From positions 217,659 to 281,658 of IMG/VR virus record IMGVR_UViG_3300042907_001080: DNA of 64,000 nucleotides; one strand, 5' to 3'. The notes under the pieces were generated by a model that was given only the letters and a program-made list of their open reading frames with translations, did not search any database and was not told the origin of the DNA. This document shows positions 29,315 to 40,863 of the stretch, in pieces; within the stretch, counting starts at the first letter, position 1, and each line of letters begins with the position of its first letter. Both the position numbers and the translations under genes were made by a program.

Positions 29315-30130
29315 ATGATTAGAGGAATTGGCGGCAAGCCTTACATTAATTTAGATCCATTTTTGGATGTAAAAGGGTTTACAGAGTTACATCCAGAAAT
29401 CTGTAAAGGTTTTGCTTTAGCAAGGGATTATGCCAAAGAAGGCACATGGATGGCTCCAGGCTTTGATCAAAGTCGAGGCAGTTATCAGTGGAACTGGAAA
29501 CCGATATACAAAGCACATGAAGAATATCTTGCCTTGTCGAATGATCATCCCATTAAAATTCAAGGTCAAGAAATATATCCTACAGATTTTAAAGACTACA
29601 AACAACGCAATTTATTCACACGTTATCTTAAAAGTGTATTAGGTGCTAACGATCCTTATACCTATTATTTTCTATGGAACGAAGGCGACTGGAATGAACG
29701 CAATGCTGAAAGACAAAAGACTGAGGAAAGCAACTTCTTTCCCGGTGTTGTTCAGTGGGTAGAAAATCTACAAGAACAAGGTATAATAGATCGCATAGGG
29801 CGTGTTATATTTTTTCTTTGCGATCATAACGGCAAAGCATTTGAACATCGAGACCTAGATGCTAAAAACGGTGTGTTTGAAAATGATTACTATACTCCGC
29901 ATAATAACGAATTCATACATATAAGATATCGCACCAAGCGAGGTTTCTATATATGGGATCCCGACACACAAGACAAACACTATATTAATAGCCATGCTGC
30001 TATGTGGAACGATCAAGACTGGCACGGTGGGGAATCTAGCCTAGAACAAGAATACGGACTTAGAATTGACTGTAAGTTTACACAAGAATTCCGTAAACAA
30101 ATTGGAATAGATCATTTAGAGAATTATTAA
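29315..30130 (+). CDS. Cupin-like putative Fe(II) oxygenase
   Basis: EHRD...DWHGG..LRID. Confidence 0.55.
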   Translation: MIRGIGGKPYINLDPFLDVKGFTELHPEICKGFALARDYAKEGTWMAPGFDQSRGSYQWNWKPIYKAHEEYLALSNDHPIKIQGQEIYPTDFKDYKQRNLFTRYLKSVLGANDPYTYYFLWNEGDWNERNAERQKTEESNFFPGVVQWVENLQEQGIIDRIGRVIFFLCDHNGKAFEHRDLDAKNGVFENDYYTPHNNEFIHIRYRTKRGFYIWDPDTQDKHYINSHAAMWNDQDWHGGESSLEQEYGLRIDCKFTQEFRKQIGIDHLENY

Positions 30131-31284
30131 TGTCTAATACATATTGCCCACTAGCCTGGATTGGCAGAAACATTTTACCTACTAGCATTCAACCTTGTTG
30201 TGAATGGTACGGTATTGGAGACCCGGTTGACAGTGCAGAAAATATCGGACATAGTCCTGTATTTTTAAATGCTCGAGAAAAAATGAGTAAAGGAGAAAAA
30301 GTAGCCGGTTGTAAACAATGTTACTTAGCAGAAGAATCTGGTATTAAATCTAGACGGCTACAGGCATTGGAACAATATGGGGTTGTAGATACTGTTGAAA
30401 GTAGAGTATTAGATGTTAGTTTTGACAATATATGTAACTTAAAATGTAGAGGATGTGCTTCGTCGAGCAGTCATCTTTGGTTTTCAGATGAAAAAGAAAT
30501 ATACAGTCACACTATTTTTGGTTCAAAATATGTTGAAAATAATACTAATATAGATATTTCAGGATTGGAGTATGTCGGAGTTAGTGGAGGCGAACCGTTT
30601 TTAAGTAAAAAGTTTAACTCGTTTGCGGAAAAACTATTATCGACACAAACGGCAAAAAATATATGTTTAACAATTAATACTAATGCAACTGTTAAACCTT
30701 CTCCTGCGGTATATGATCTAATTTTAACATGTAAAAATTTAAGTTTACAATTTAGCATAGACGGTATTGGGCACTTAAATTCTTATTTTAGAAGTGGCGC
30801 AACGTTTGAAGAATGTGAGAAAAATTTAAATTTCTTTAGAAATCTAAAGACTCTAAGACAAGAAAAATCTACAAGTTTGGTCATACATACTACTGTTAGT
30901 TTATACAATGTAAATCTTCTTAAAGATATGGAAGACTACTTTCAAACAAATTATCCCGAATATGCGCTTACACATAGAAACTTATATTGGCCACCTCAAC
31001 TATCAATTAGAAATCTTCCCCAACCGTATAAAGAAATTTTAATTCCGATTGTTGAAAATTTTGGGGATAACTATAAAGATGTTTTATACGAATTAATATT
31101 AAATGAGCAGGATTATTTTAACCATTTTTTAAATTTTCATGTCAAGTTAGATTTATTAAGAAAAGAAAGTTTAAAAGATAGTAATCCATTGTTATCTGAA
31201 TTTATAAAAAACTATCCTAGAGAATTAATAGATAGTAAAATCTTTTTTATTGAGCAAATGGATAAACTAAAATGCGGCACATAG
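30130..31284 (+). CDS. Radical SAM protein with twitch domain
   Basis: YCPLAW..QPCC, CKQC, CNLKCRGC, SGGEP. Confidence 0.9.
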   Translation: MSNTYCPLAWIGRNILPTSIQPCCEWYGIGDPVDSAENIGHSPVFLNAREKMSKGEKVAGCKQCYLAEESGIKSRRLQALEQYGVVDTVESRVLDVSFDNICNLKCRGCASSSSHLWFSDEKEIYSHTIFGSKYVENNTNIDISGLEYVGVSGGEPFLSKKFNSFAEKLLSTQTAKNICLTINTNATVKPSPAVYDLILTCKNLSLQFSIDGIGHLNSYFRSGATFEECEKNLNFFRNLKTLRQEKSTSLVIHTTVSLYNVNLLKDMEDYFQTNYPEYALTHRNLYWPPQLSIRNLPQPYKEILIPIVENFGDNYKDVLYELILNEQDYFNHFLNFHVKLDLLRKESLKDSNPLLSEFIKNYPRELIDSKIFFIEQMDKLKCGT

Positions 31285-31769
31285 GTAATTACAAACATTG
31301 GGTAAATCCGCTATGGGAACACTTGGTGTTAACTAGGACAGGACAGGCAAGGCCCCGCGACTGGCCGGCATCAACTGCGGTTGAAGCAACTGAATACAAA
31401 ACATATAAAGAAGCAGGCTATGATTTAAATGCAGTTAATTGGTGGGTCTATGAAGAACGCGATTTAAATATAGATATCTCTCCTCCTTGGACAACCGGTC
31501 AATTACACTGGTGGATCACTAAACTATTACCAGGGCAATACATGCCCATGCACACCGATCCTCATACACATGATACTAATTGTTCTCGTTATTGGATCCC
31601 GTTGCAGGATTATCATCCCGGACACATATTTGTATACAAGGATGAAATGATTACTAATTACAAAAAAGGTGATGTATATGCTTACACTAGTTCTACAGAT
31701 TTACATGGCGCAGCAAATATAGGTCATATACCTCGACTTGTTTTACAAATTACAGAATATGATATCTAA
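31272..31769 (+). CDS. AspH-like cupin oxygenase
   Basis: PMHTD...LHGAANIG..PR. Confidence 0.7.
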   Translation: MRHIGNYKHWVNPLWEHLVLTRTGQARPRDWPASTAVEATEYKTYKEAGYDLNAVNWWVYEERDLNIDISPPWTTGQLHWWITKLLPGQYMPMHTDPHTHDTNCSRYWIPLQDYHPGHIFVYKDEMITNYKKGDVYAYTSSTDLHGAANIGHIPRLVLQITEYDI

Positions 31770-32913
31770 AACATACTGTGTGTATCCTTTTATAAGTTCT
31801 AGTCTGCAAGCAGATAACACAGTTCTGCCCTGCGGACAGTTTATGAAATCTACCTTGTTTCAAAATATTATTCCAATTAATGACGTAAGACAAGGTTCTG
31901 TAATGCAAGAAATGCGTAGAAAAATGTTAAACGGCGAACGAGTAGAAGGGTGCCAATGCTACGCCGAAGAAGAAATAGGCATTTCGTCAATGCGGCAAAG
32001 CGGCCTTAACAAATATGAATTTACTACTGACACCACAATAAAAAAATTAGAATTAGTTATGGATAACATCTGTAACATAAAATGCAGAAGTTGTGGATCA
32101 CCTAATAGTCATACCTGGCACGAGGATGAAATAAAAATTTATGGGGAATCTTTTTCTAAGAAAAAATACATTAAAAATACTCTATATAAAGATCTCGAGT
32201 TAGATAGCTTAGTTGAAATAGAAGTTCTTGGTGGCGAACCAATGTACAGTCCTGGAACTAAAGATTTTTTTAAACTATTAAAGAATAAAGGAATTTTAGA
32301 AAATCTTTCTATACAGCTAAGTACAAACGGAACTGTAGAACCAACTGACGCTGTATTAGACAGTTTATTAAGTTGTAAAGAGTTAAGTTTAAATATTAGT
32401 ATAGATGGGTTTGGACATTATAACAATTACATTAGAAGCGGTTCTAACTGGGATACAATAGAACAGAATTTAAAGTTTTACGATAATCTAATTGATTTAA
32501 GAAAAGATAAAAAAACATCAATGAATGTGCATACAGCAGTAAGCATTTATAATGTAAACCAGCTTGATTTATTAGATAATTACATTAAAGAATATTTTCC
32601 TAGATTTTCTAAAACATTTCAACTAGTACAATATCCAGTGTTTTTATCTATTAAAAATACTCCATTAGAATATAAAAAACTAGTCTCTAAATATATCAAT
32701 AACAATAGTATTACTGAGTATCTTAATTCAGAGGGCAATGACTATTTTCAACATTTTATAAACTATTCCCAACAACTTGATGAAATTAGATCTGAAGACA
32801 TGGCAGATTTTAATCCGCTGTTAAAACAATATATTGAAAAGTATACTTCTAAGGTAACTAGAGCAGAAAGTAAAGTTTTTTTAATAAAAGAATTCAAAAA
32901 ACTACAAAATTAA
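31759..32913 (+). CDS. Radical SAM protein with twitch domain
   Basis: YCVYPF, CNIKCRSC, LGGEP; paralog of 30130-31284. Confidence 0.9.
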   Translation: MISKTYCVYPFISSSLQADNTVLPCGQFMKSTLFQNIIPINDVRQGSVMQEMRRKMLNGERVEGCQCYAEEEIGISSMRQSGLNKYEFTTDTTIKKLELVMDNICNIKCRSCGSPNSHTWHEDEIKIYGESFSKKKYIKNTLYKDLELDSLVEIEVLGGEPMYSPGTKDFFKLLKNKGILENLSIQLSTNGTVEPTDAVLDSLLSCKELSLNISIDGFGHYNNYIRSGSNWDTIEQNLKFYDNLIDLRKDKKTSMNVHTAVSIYNVNQLDLLDNYIKEYFPRFSKTFQLVQYPVFLSIKNTPLEYKKLVSKYINNNSITEYLNSEGNDYFQHFINYSQQLDEIRSEDMADFNPLLKQYIEKYTSKVTRAESKVFLIKEFKKLQN

Positions 32914-34136
32914 ACCCAGTCTAAGTTATAATGCCAGGACGGTTTCTTTAAAGTTCCTATATCAGTAATTTCAAAATCTTTACTAATGCCTGATGTTTTT
33001 AAATTTTCTATAAATCCACCTGCGGCTCTAATATTAAAATTAATTGTACATTCTGGAACTTTTTCTTTTAGCGCATTAATGATTTCATTTTCCTTGTATA
33101 CTCTGTAATACAGCGGCGACAAACATGCGGTGCCTTCATAGCAAAAAATATTCGATAAATTGATTAATGTAGTTGAATTATGTTCTACATCAATATAGTT
33201 TATAAGATTATTTTCTAAAAGTAAATCAGCTTTTACAAATTCATAAGTAATATTACTTTTACGTTGAATATTATTTTTCCAATAATTTAAAGCATTATCA
33301 TTATAATCATAAATGATAATTCTGCCTTCGTCGATTAAGTCAGTATAGAGTGATCCACTAGCAGGAATAATTAATTGTGTAAATTTTTTATCAATATTAC
33401 TGTTGTTAGCTTCAGTATTTTCTTTGTGAATAAATTCGGCGGATGCATACTTTTCACGAAAATAAATCCAATTAAGATTTTGTAAAAAGTCTTTTTTAGA
33501 TTCTGGATAAAGATGTTTTTTATTATACCTAATATTGTTATCAAATACTTTAACAGGCAAATTATGATAGAATGCCAAACTTAATATATTCCATCCGTGG
33601 CATTTATGATCATATACTTTGACTTGATGACCAGATCTAACCCAAGTGGGAGTATAGTTATCGTGTATATTATTTAAACTTCTTACTGGAATTGTCTGTG
33701 CATGTGAAGCACCTAATTCCATCTGACCTATTAATGGGCAGTTTAATTTACGATACATTTCTAAATTTATTAGATAACACTGATGATGAAGTTCGTAATA
33801 CGCGGTGCCTCTATCTAAAACGTGTCCGTAGATAAAAAAATCGTCTTTAACTAAGTTTTCTAAAGAGTTAAAAAATTCACGCCCATTAATAAATTCTGAT
33901 CCTGTGCTAAAAACAAGGGCATGCGTATAATCTAAATTTGCAACATGTTGTAATACAATATCTTCGTTCAGCGATTGATATACATCATATTTTTTTGTTA
34001 GCACATTTGATAATGTATAGTCAGACTGATTTTTTATAATTTCTTTGCAAAAATTATCTTGTATACAATTAGTATTATCAATAAAACAAAATGCGATTTT
34101 ATTGGAAAGATTATAGTTATATTCAACTACATTCAT
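32910..34136 (-). CDS. Hypothetical protein (tailoring island)
   Basis: 408-aa AT-rich ORF; YELHHQC and NLSNIF.Y motifs. Confidence 0.7.
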   Translation of the reverse strand: MNVVEYNYNLSNKIAFCFIDNTNCIQDNFCKEIIKNQSDYTLSNVLTKKYDVYQSLNEDIVLQHVANLDYTHALVFSTGSEFINGREFFNSLENLVKDDFFIYGHVLDRGTAYYELHHQCYLINLEMYRKLNCPLIGQMELGASHAQTIPVRSLNNIHDNYTPTWVRSGHQVKVYDHKCHGWNILSLAFYHNLPVKVFDNNIRYNKKHLYPESKKDFLQNLNWIYFREKYASAEFIHKENTEANNSNIDKKFTQLIIPASGSLYTDLIDEGRIIIYDYNDNALNYWKNNIQRKSNITYEFVKADLLLENNLINYIDVEHNSTTLINLSNIFCYEGTACLSPLYYRVYKENEIINALKEKVPECTINFNIRAAGGFIENLKTSGISKDFEITDIGTLKKPSWHYNLDWV

Positions 34137-35143
34137 TTTTTATAAATTTTTATAGGTAAAACAGTTTCTTCTTTTAAAAAAATCTCATTTGAATTCGACG
34201 GACACATAGAACATTCAGTAATTGGTTTATATTTAGACACAGAAAAATTTTCTATATCTTCATCTGTGCATTTTGTTAAATCTAAATTTTTATAAGATAA
34301 AAATTTGGCCCAGTCCGGATCATCTAGAGATTGATGTTTGTTGAGAAACTGGGTCAATGTTCCTAGAGCTGCGCATTTATAAAGTTTTTTATCTAACATA
34401 AAGGTGCAATAACAACTTGGACAATTTCCGAAATATGACTTATTGATATCTACAGAATTGAATGGTTTGGGTTTAGTTTCTCTGTAGTAATAATGTTGCA
34501 AATGAGAAGTCTGATCATGTAAAAAAATTCCGTATTTCTCATTCCACCACAGAGTATTATCTGTCGAAGACAATACTTTATTGTCTTTAGCAGAGTAATT
34601 TACATCTTTGTAATTTTTAACTTCTTCCCAGTAATTTTTCCAGCCATCGTCGTTGGGTCGTTGATGCATAATTTCTGTCCAAAACACGTTGTTATCTATG
34701 ATGTTTAAGTTAACATTTTGAGCCAGTATATTAATTGACTTTTTTATTTCTAAGGATCTTTTTTGGTTTTCGAATAATTTAAAATGATCGCTTACCATCA
34801 ATAATATTTTGTAGTTGGACAGGATTTCGGATAAAAAGTCTATATTTTTTCCAATTAGTTCACCGTTGGTTGGCAAGAATATTAAAGTTTCTTTATCTAT
34901 ACTTCTTATAAATTCTAAGATATCTTTAATTTTGTCTTTATAAAGAAGTGGTTCTCCTCCTAGCAAACTAAAAATTTCTATGTCAAAATTATTTTTTGCT
35001 AATAGTATACCTTCTTTGATCGATTCAACAGTGGGATCAAATTCACCTTTTCTTATAGTATCACTTCTTGTATCGCACTGAGCACACGCCAATTGACATC
35101 GGCCGCCGTAAAAGATATCAAGAATTTTTATTTTGGGTTTCAT
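34133..35143 (-). CDS. Radical SAM protein
   Basis: CQLACAQC, LGGEPLL, PTNG, LYKC, CSMCP. Confidence 0.88.
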   Translation of the reverse strand: MKPKIKILDIFYGGRCQLACAQCDTRSDTIRKGEFDPTVESIKEGILLAKNNFDIEIFSLLGGEPLLYKDKIKDILEFIRSIDKETLIFLPTNGELIGKNIDFLSEILSNYKILLMVSDHFKLFENQKRSLEIKKSINILAQNVNLNIIDNNVFWTEIMHQRPNDDGWKNYWEEVKNYKDVNYSAKDNKVLSSTDNTLWWNEKYGIFLHDQTSHLQHYYYRETKPKPFNSVDINKSYFGNCPSCYCTFMLDKKLYKCAALGTLTQFLNKHQSLDDPDWAKFLSYKNLDLTKCTDEDIENFSVSKYKPITECSMCPSNSNEIFLKEETVLPIKIYKK

Positions 35144-35876
35144 AAGATTTTTTATAACTCTTTGCAATTAATTTAACAAAATCATTTATCCGGGTCCCGG
35201 GTATTCCGTGAGCTATTAAATGTATTCTTGAAATGTTGTTAAAATTTATAACACTGTGATAATTTCTAATATTAATGATAAAAACTTTACCTTCTTCCCA
35301 TGGAATACACCCGTATTCTTTAAGAGTCATATGACAATCGAGAGGATGTAATATAGCAACATTGATAGGGACTCCGAACTCTAATGCATCGAAATTTTCT
35401 TCGCCCGGGAGTTTTCCGGGCATATCACTATGCGGTGTAATAGCACTATTTGACTCTAATTCCATAAAACGAATTCGTCTATATGATTCATACGGAAAAT
35501 TTTCCCAAAAAGATTTTATTGTTGGTGTATCCTGCGATAGTGTGGTCCAATGATATGGAACGTCGATTTCTTTTGTATATCCGTATTTTGTCCAAGCACC
35601 AGTTTTTTCAATATCAATCCCGTGTATGCAACAGCTATTCCAACCTGTGTTATTTTCTTCTCTGTGTGGAACTAGATATTTTAAAGATTGAGAAGCTTCT
35701 CGTTTCCATGAATCTAGATTTATCTCAATATCCAATTCTAACCAACCGAAGTCACTTTCGTTTAATAACCAATTTGAAATTTCAAAATCAGTTACAACGT
35801 TATCAGGCAGACTGGGCAAAACGCTGGTATAGTTTTTATTTTCATTATAGAAATTGAGAGAATCAGAGTTTATCAT
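35118..35876 (-). CDS. Aspartyl/asparaginyl beta-hydroxylase-like oxygenase
   Basis: RIRFM..ITPHSD...YHSVIN...RIHLI. Confidence 0.75.
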   Translation of the reverse strand: MINSDSLNFYNENKNYTSVLPSLPDNVVTDFEISNWLLNESDFGWLELDIEINLDSWKREASQSLKYLVPHREENNTGWNSCCIHGIDIEKTGAWTKYGYTKEIDVPYHWTTLSQDTPTIKSFWENFPYESYRRIRFMELESNSAITPHSDMPGKLPGEENFDALEFGVPINVAILHPLDCHMTLKEYGCIPWEEGKVFIINIRNYHSVINFNNISRIHLIAHGIPGTRINDFVKLIAKSYKKSYETQNKNS

Positions 35877-35915
35877 ATTAATAATTATCATAAAAAAATT
35901 CAGTTAAATACAGAT

Positions 35916-36737
35916 ATGGCAAAATTAGCAATACCTCACATCGAATGGCACATTTCTCACTCTTGTAATTTTACCTGCGAATCCTGTGCCCATTTTTCTA
36001 ATCATGGGCATTCTGGAGTGGTATCTAAAAATACCTTAGTTGAATGGTATTCAAATTGGAATCAACGGTTACTTCCAAGAGAAATAGATCTATTAGGAGG
36101 AGAACCGTTACTTAATAAAGAAATACTAGACATTGTCTTAACAACTAGACAGATGTGGCCAGACAGTCAAATACGGTTAGTAACCAATGGTGTATTATTA
36201 TCAAAGTTCCCAAATCTTCCAAAAGTATTAAAAGAAACAAACACAGCACTAGTAATATCAATGCACAGTGACCAAGAAGATTATTTAAGTAAAATGTCTA
36301 AAGTTTTTGATCTTGTCGATGATTGGAAGAGAGAATTTAATATAGATGTAAAGACTGTTGATTCTTACACCAACTGGTCAAAATTATACAAAGGATACGG
36401 AAATAATATCGAACCTTATACTGACAACGATCCCAATCAGAGTTGGAACAATTGTATAACAGGGCAGGATTGTTTTCAATTATATCAAGGCAACATTTAT
36501 AAATGCTCACCGTTGGCATATTTAAAACTACAAAAACAAAAATACAAATTATCTAATAAATGGGATCCATATTTAAATTACGAACCGTTGCGACCCACAG
36601 CTTCTAACGAAGAAGTAGAAGAATTTTTCAACAGAAAATCTGAACAATATTGCGGAATGTGTCCCAGTCGTCCCGTAAGTTTTTTAAAAAATAATCCTCT
36701 GCTGCCTAGGAAATTTTACAGGATAACACCACAATGA
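35916..36737 (+). CDS. Radical SAM protein
   Basis: CNFTCESC, LGGEPLL, VTNG, IYKC, CGMCP. Confidence 0.9.
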   Translation: MAKLAIPHIEWHISHSCNFTCESCAHFSNHGHSGVVSKNTLVEWYSNWNQRLLPREIDLLGGEPLLNKEILDIVLTTRQMWPDSQIRLVTNGVLLSKFPNLPKVLKETNTALVISMHSDQEDYLSKMSKVFDLVDDWKREFNIDVKTVDSYTNWSKLYKGYGNNIEPYTDNDPNQSWNNCITGQDCFQLYQGNIYKCSPLAYLKLQKQKYKLSNKWDPYLNYEPLRPTASNEEVEEFFNRKSEQYCGMCPSRPVSFLKNNPLLPRKFYRITPQ

Positions 36738-37594
36738 TCGATCTACCTTATAAAAACGCAGGACCTATTAATGATCCTGAAGTGATTGATTTTCTAAAAA
36801 AATGTCTGACAGACGGAGTTTCTTCTTTATATGATGATCAGGTACATAATAATTTTTTATCTAATTATGTGAATTGGATTAAATCGACAAAAAATAATCA
36901 AATCACAGGTATCGATTCTTTCACTAAATTTTGTTTTTCCAATGGAACATCGGAATCTTTTGACAAGTTTTATATGAGAAATAAAAATAAAAGATTTAGA
37001 TGTTTCAAAGCAGAATATATCTATCATAGATTGGCCTGGAGAAATAGTTGGCCTGACTGGCAATACATCGAAGATTCACCGTTATCAGAAAACGATGCTG
37101 TGATAATAAGCCTGCCTTTTTCAGATACCGGTGACGAACATTATGGTATGAAAAATATTTTGAATCAATGTGATAAACTAGGAATTCCTGTCCTAATTGA
37201 TTGTGCATATTTTGGTGTCTGTAACAATATAATATTTGATTTCAATCACGACTGTATCACTGATGTGGTTTTCAGCCTATCAAAAACTTTTCCTGTTGCT
37301 CATCTTAGAATAGGGATGAGACTAACAAGAACAGATGACGACGATACTTTATTTGTACATAACAAGATAGGATATGTTTCAAGATTATCGTCTTTTATAG
37401 GTAATCAATTAGTTACAAAATTTACTCCTGATCATATCTATAACAAATATCAAAACAAACAGTTTGATCTTTGTAATGATCTTGCTATAACACCTAGCAA
37501 GTGTGTATTGTTTGGCATTGGGGACGATTCTTGGAATCAATATAATAGAGGCGGCCCAACAAATAGAGTGTGTCTAAATTCACACCTTACTTAA
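36734..37594 (+). CDS. PLP-dependent aminotransferase-like enzyme (fold type I)
   Basis: LIDCAY and FSLSKTF...LRIG. Confidence 0.75.
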   Translation: MIDLPYKNAGPINDPEVIDFLKKCLTDGVSSLYDDQVHNNFLSNYVNWIKSTKNNQITGIDSFTKFCFSNGTSESFDKFYMRNKNKRFRCFKAEYIYHRLAWRNSWPDWQYIEDSPLSENDAVIISLPFSDTGDEHYGMKNILNQCDKLGIPVLIDCAYFGVCNNIIFDFNHDCITDVVFSLSKTFPVAHLRIGMRLTRTDDDDTLFVHNKIGYVSRLSSFIGNQLVTKFTPDHIYNKYQNKQFDLCNDLAITPSKCVLFGIGDDSWNQYNRGGPTNRVCLNSHLT

Positions 37595-37606
37595 GATACG
37601 TATATT

Positions 37607-38773
37607 ATGAAAAAAGGCAAGATTATAAATTTTGAGTTGTTATGGGATATACAAGATGATCCCTGGCCGATCAAACTAAAAATAATATCTAAAGAAATGG
37701 AGGAAGCCGCCAGTAGAGGTTTTAATTTAATTATTGGAATAATGTTAGTGGAAGGCATAAGACCAATAGATACCCCAGAATTTCTTTCGTTTATGCATTC
37801 TCTCGAATCTCGAAGAAAAGAAATAGGCATCGATGAAATTATACTAGTAACCGGTTCTTCGGAAAATTTTAAAAATATTACTGTGCCCTACAAATTATAT
37901 CACTGCAATGTAAACTCTATCATTGCATATAATAGTTACAAAAATCTTTTAACACATCTTCCCACTTACCAACAACACAATAAAAAATTCTTATTTCTAA
38001 CTGGAATAGCAACCCGACCAAATAGAATAGGTCTATTGAGTAAATTTTATGATAACAAATTATTAGATAATGCTGTTTGGTCATTTTTTTACCCAGCCAC
38101 ACCGGGTGATAGACAATGGTGTCGAGATTATCTCGATCACTATGATGATTCGGAATTTGAAAAATTTATTACCGATTGCCAGCGATCAGTTGACAATAGA
38201 TATACTGAATACAACAAATTTCAAAGAGATGATTTCCAAAATCAAACAGACATAAATTGGCTAGACATAAGACACACAGAATTTTGTAAAAATGAAACCT
38301 TTATGGATTCTAAAATATTTCAAGACACAGCTTTTAGTATAATAAGTGAAAGCACAAACTATTGGGATAGAAATTTTGATTTTGTTACAGAAAAAACCTG
38401 GAGAACAGTCTTACATAGCCATCCTTTTATATTTGCAGGTGACCCAGATCAATTTGTATATTTGAAAAACTTAGGACTTAGAACTTTTGAAAATTATATG
38501 AAAATTAAAAATTATGCATATATCGAAGATGAAAATCTAAGATTAGATGCCATAGTAGAAAATACTAAAGATTTTTTAATTAACCATTCGAAATATTCTG
38601 AAAATATACAAAAAGACGTTCAGTATAATTTTTCCTTATTTTTAAATACAGTCGATGACGAATTAAAAAAACTTAAAAATTTAATGGCAGCGTATGGCGT
38701 TGATACGCTGGATGTCGATTATTACTTTGACCGTACAGGATTTGATCATTTGATAAGGATTCCAAATGGATAA
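37607..38773 (+). CDS. Glycosyltransferase-like protein (GT-B, GT10-like TEK motif)
   Basis: FSIISES..FVTEKTWR..HPFI..LGLRTF. Confidence 0.5.
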   Translation: MKKGKIINFELLWDIQDDPWPIKLKIISKEMEEAASRGFNLIIGIMLVEGIRPIDTPEFLSFMHSLESRRKEIGIDEIILVTGSSENFKNITVPYKLYHCNVNSIIAYNSYKNLLTHLPTYQQHNKKFLFLTGIATRPNRIGLLSKFYDNKLLDNAVWSFFYPATPGDRQWCRDYLDHYDDSEFEKFITDCQRSVDNRYTEYNKFQRDDFQNQTDINWLDIRHTEFCKNETFMDSKIFQDTAFSIISESTNYWDRNFDFVTEKTWRTVLHSHPFIFAGDPDQFVYLKNLGLRTFENYMKIKNYAYIEDENLRLDAIVENTKDFLINHSKYSENIQKDVQYNFSLFLNTVDDELKKLKNLMAAYGVDTLDVDYYFDRTGFDHLIRIPNG

Positions 38774-39947
38774 AGGTGCAATAATCAATTTTGAATGGTT
38801 GCGAGACTGCAATTACTATGCGGAAGATGAATTCAAAAATCTAAAATTACAACTGATAGAAAAAGAAATTCAAAAAGCAAGTAAAGATGGATGCAATGTA
38901 ATTGTCGGAATTTATCTCATGGATGGGTTCTTGCCCTATAGTAAAGAACAATTTTCATTGGAAATGAGAGAAATACAAGATATTTTAGAAAAATATAATA
39001 TTAAAAAGATATTAATTATATCCGGGCACGGTGAAACAATAGGGGATATAGGATTGCCTTATTGTTATTTTGATTACACTTTAAGAATGACTTATAACGG
39101 ATATAGAGACATTTTTTCCGAGATACCGAAATATGAAAGTAAAAAAAATAAAAATTTTTTATTGTTAGGAGGAAATTCTGCCAGACCTAACCGAATTGGT
39201 TTATTCAGTAAATTTTACGAAGAAAAAATGTTTAACAGAGGTGTATGGACTTTTTTCCCTCCAGATACAGAGAGTGACAAAAAATATTGTAGAAATTATC
39301 TTTCTCATTGGAGTGATAATCAATATCAAGAATTTTTAGATTTCTGTCACCGATCTCTAGATGACAAATATTCAAATGCATCGTGTTATTTGGGAGATCA
39401 AAATAATCAAAAAGAAGATAAAATTTTTTACGATTTAGTCAATGAGGAATGGACTAAAAATATGGTTTATTTAGATCCGTTGATTTTTTCTGAAACAAGT
39501 TTTAGTGTGATTACAGAAGGTCCAAATCATTGGAGAGATAACCATTATTTTGTTACAGAAAAAACCTGGAGAACGATTCTTCATCAACATCCTTTTATCT
39601 TGGTAGGACACTCGGAACAACTTTTATATTTAGAAAAATTGGGATTTAAAACTTTTTTAAATTACATGAAAGTACCCGACTACGCCTGGATACAATCAGA
39701 CGAGGAAAAATTTCAAGCGGTTGTAGAAAATACCAAACATTTTTTAGACATTCAAGATGAATTTAATGATCAAATAAAGAGGGACGTCATACATAATTAT
39801 AATCTCCTTTTAGAAAAAATCAAAGATCAAGAAATATTTTTTAATTTTTTAAAAACTGAATATTATGTTTCGACAGAAGATATAGAGTATTATCTTGATC
39901 GAAAAGGTTATGATCAACTTATAAGGAATCCTGCCAATGGAATCTAA
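38766..39947 (+). CDS. Glycosyltransferase-like protein, tandem paralog
   Basis: Colinear with preceding gene (RPNRIGL.SKFY, FVTEKTWRT). Confidence 0.5.
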   Translation: MDKGAIINFEWLRDCNYYAEDEFKNLKLQLIEKEIQKASKDGCNVIVGIYLMDGFLPYSKEQFSLEMREIQDILEKYNIKKILIISGHGETIGDIGLPYCYFDYTLRMTYNGYRDIFSEIPKYESKKNKNFLLLGGNSARPNRIGLFSKFYEEKMFNRGVWTFFPPDTESDKKYCRNYLSHWSDNQYQEFLDFCHRSLDDKYSNASCYLGDQNNQKEDKIFYDLVNEEWTKNMVYLDPLIFSETSFSVITEGPNHWRDNHYFVTEKTWRTILHQHPFILVGHSEQLLYLEKLGFKTFLNYMKVPDYAWIQSDEEKFQAVVENTKHFLDIQDEFNDQIKRDVIHNYNLLLEKIKDQEIFFNFLKTEYYVSTEDIEYYLDRKGYDQLIRNPANGI

Positions 39948-40863
39948 ATGTGCAGCTTTCTGGCACCATACCAATATTCGCAGCGATGACAGGATTTTTC
40001 CTTGTTGTAGATTTAAAAATCCTATTGCTAAATTTGATGGGAATATTTCACAGGTATTATTTTTAAAAGAATATGATGAACTAAGAAAACAAAGTATTGA
40101 TAACATACCCATCAAAGGTTGTGAAAAATGTTATCACGAAGAGAAGATAGGAAAAAAAAGCCTTAGACAAGAGTTCAATGAGATTTACGATTTTGAAACA
40201 ATTTCTATGGAATATTTAGAAATAGGCTTCGACAATATCTGTAATTTAACCTGTGATGGGTGTTATGAAGAATTCAGCTCTGCTTGGGGTAAATTAAAAT
40301 ATCCCAGAGCGGAAAAAACGATACACATTAAATCTACTCAAGAAATCATCGAACTTCCCAATTCGTTAAAGAAAGTTTTGTTTTTGGGAGGTGAACCATT
40401 GATGACTAATCGACATCAAAAATTTCTAAATATTGTAAAAGATAAATCTAACGTAGAAATTGTATATAACACTAATGGTACTTTTTTACTAGATAAAAAT
40501 ACAATAGATCTTCTCGAACAATTTAAAACAGTTTTGTTTATTGTCAGTATAGATGGTTTTAAAGATTTAAATGAACAGGTTCGAGGCGGAAGTAAATGGG
40601 GACAAATTGTTGAATTTATTCGGCAGATTAAAACAACAAAATTTAATCTTTCCGTAAATACAGTTGTACATACTAATAATTGGTTTGGATTGAAAGAATT
40701 AGAACAATACATAGAAGAAATAAATGTGCCTTGGACAATAAATTTTGTAACATATCCTACGCATTTAGACCTTATCAATGTTAAAGAAAAACACGATCTT
40801 ATTAACTTATTGAAATCAATAAAGACTGTAAATCTTGAATATATTATAAATCATGTTAATTGA
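39937..40863 (+). CDS. Radical SAM protein with twitch domain
   Basis: KCAAFW..FPCC, CEKC, CNLTCDGC, LGGEP. Confidence 0.9.
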   Translation: MESKCAAFWHHTNIRSDDRIFPCCRFKNPIAKFDGNISQVLFLKEYDELRKQSIDNIPIKGCEKCYHEEKIGKKSLRQEFNEIYDFETISMEYLEIGFDNICNLTCDGCYEEFSSAWGKLKYPRAEKTIHIKSTQEIIELPNSLKKVLFLGGEPLMTNRHQKFLNIVKDKSNVEIVYNTNGTFLLDKNTIDLLEQFKTVLFIVSIDGFKDLNEQVRGGSKWGQIVEFIRQIKTTKFNLSVNTVVHTNNWFGLKELEQYIEEINVPWTINFVTYPTHLDLINVKEKHDLINLLKSIKTVNLEYIINHVN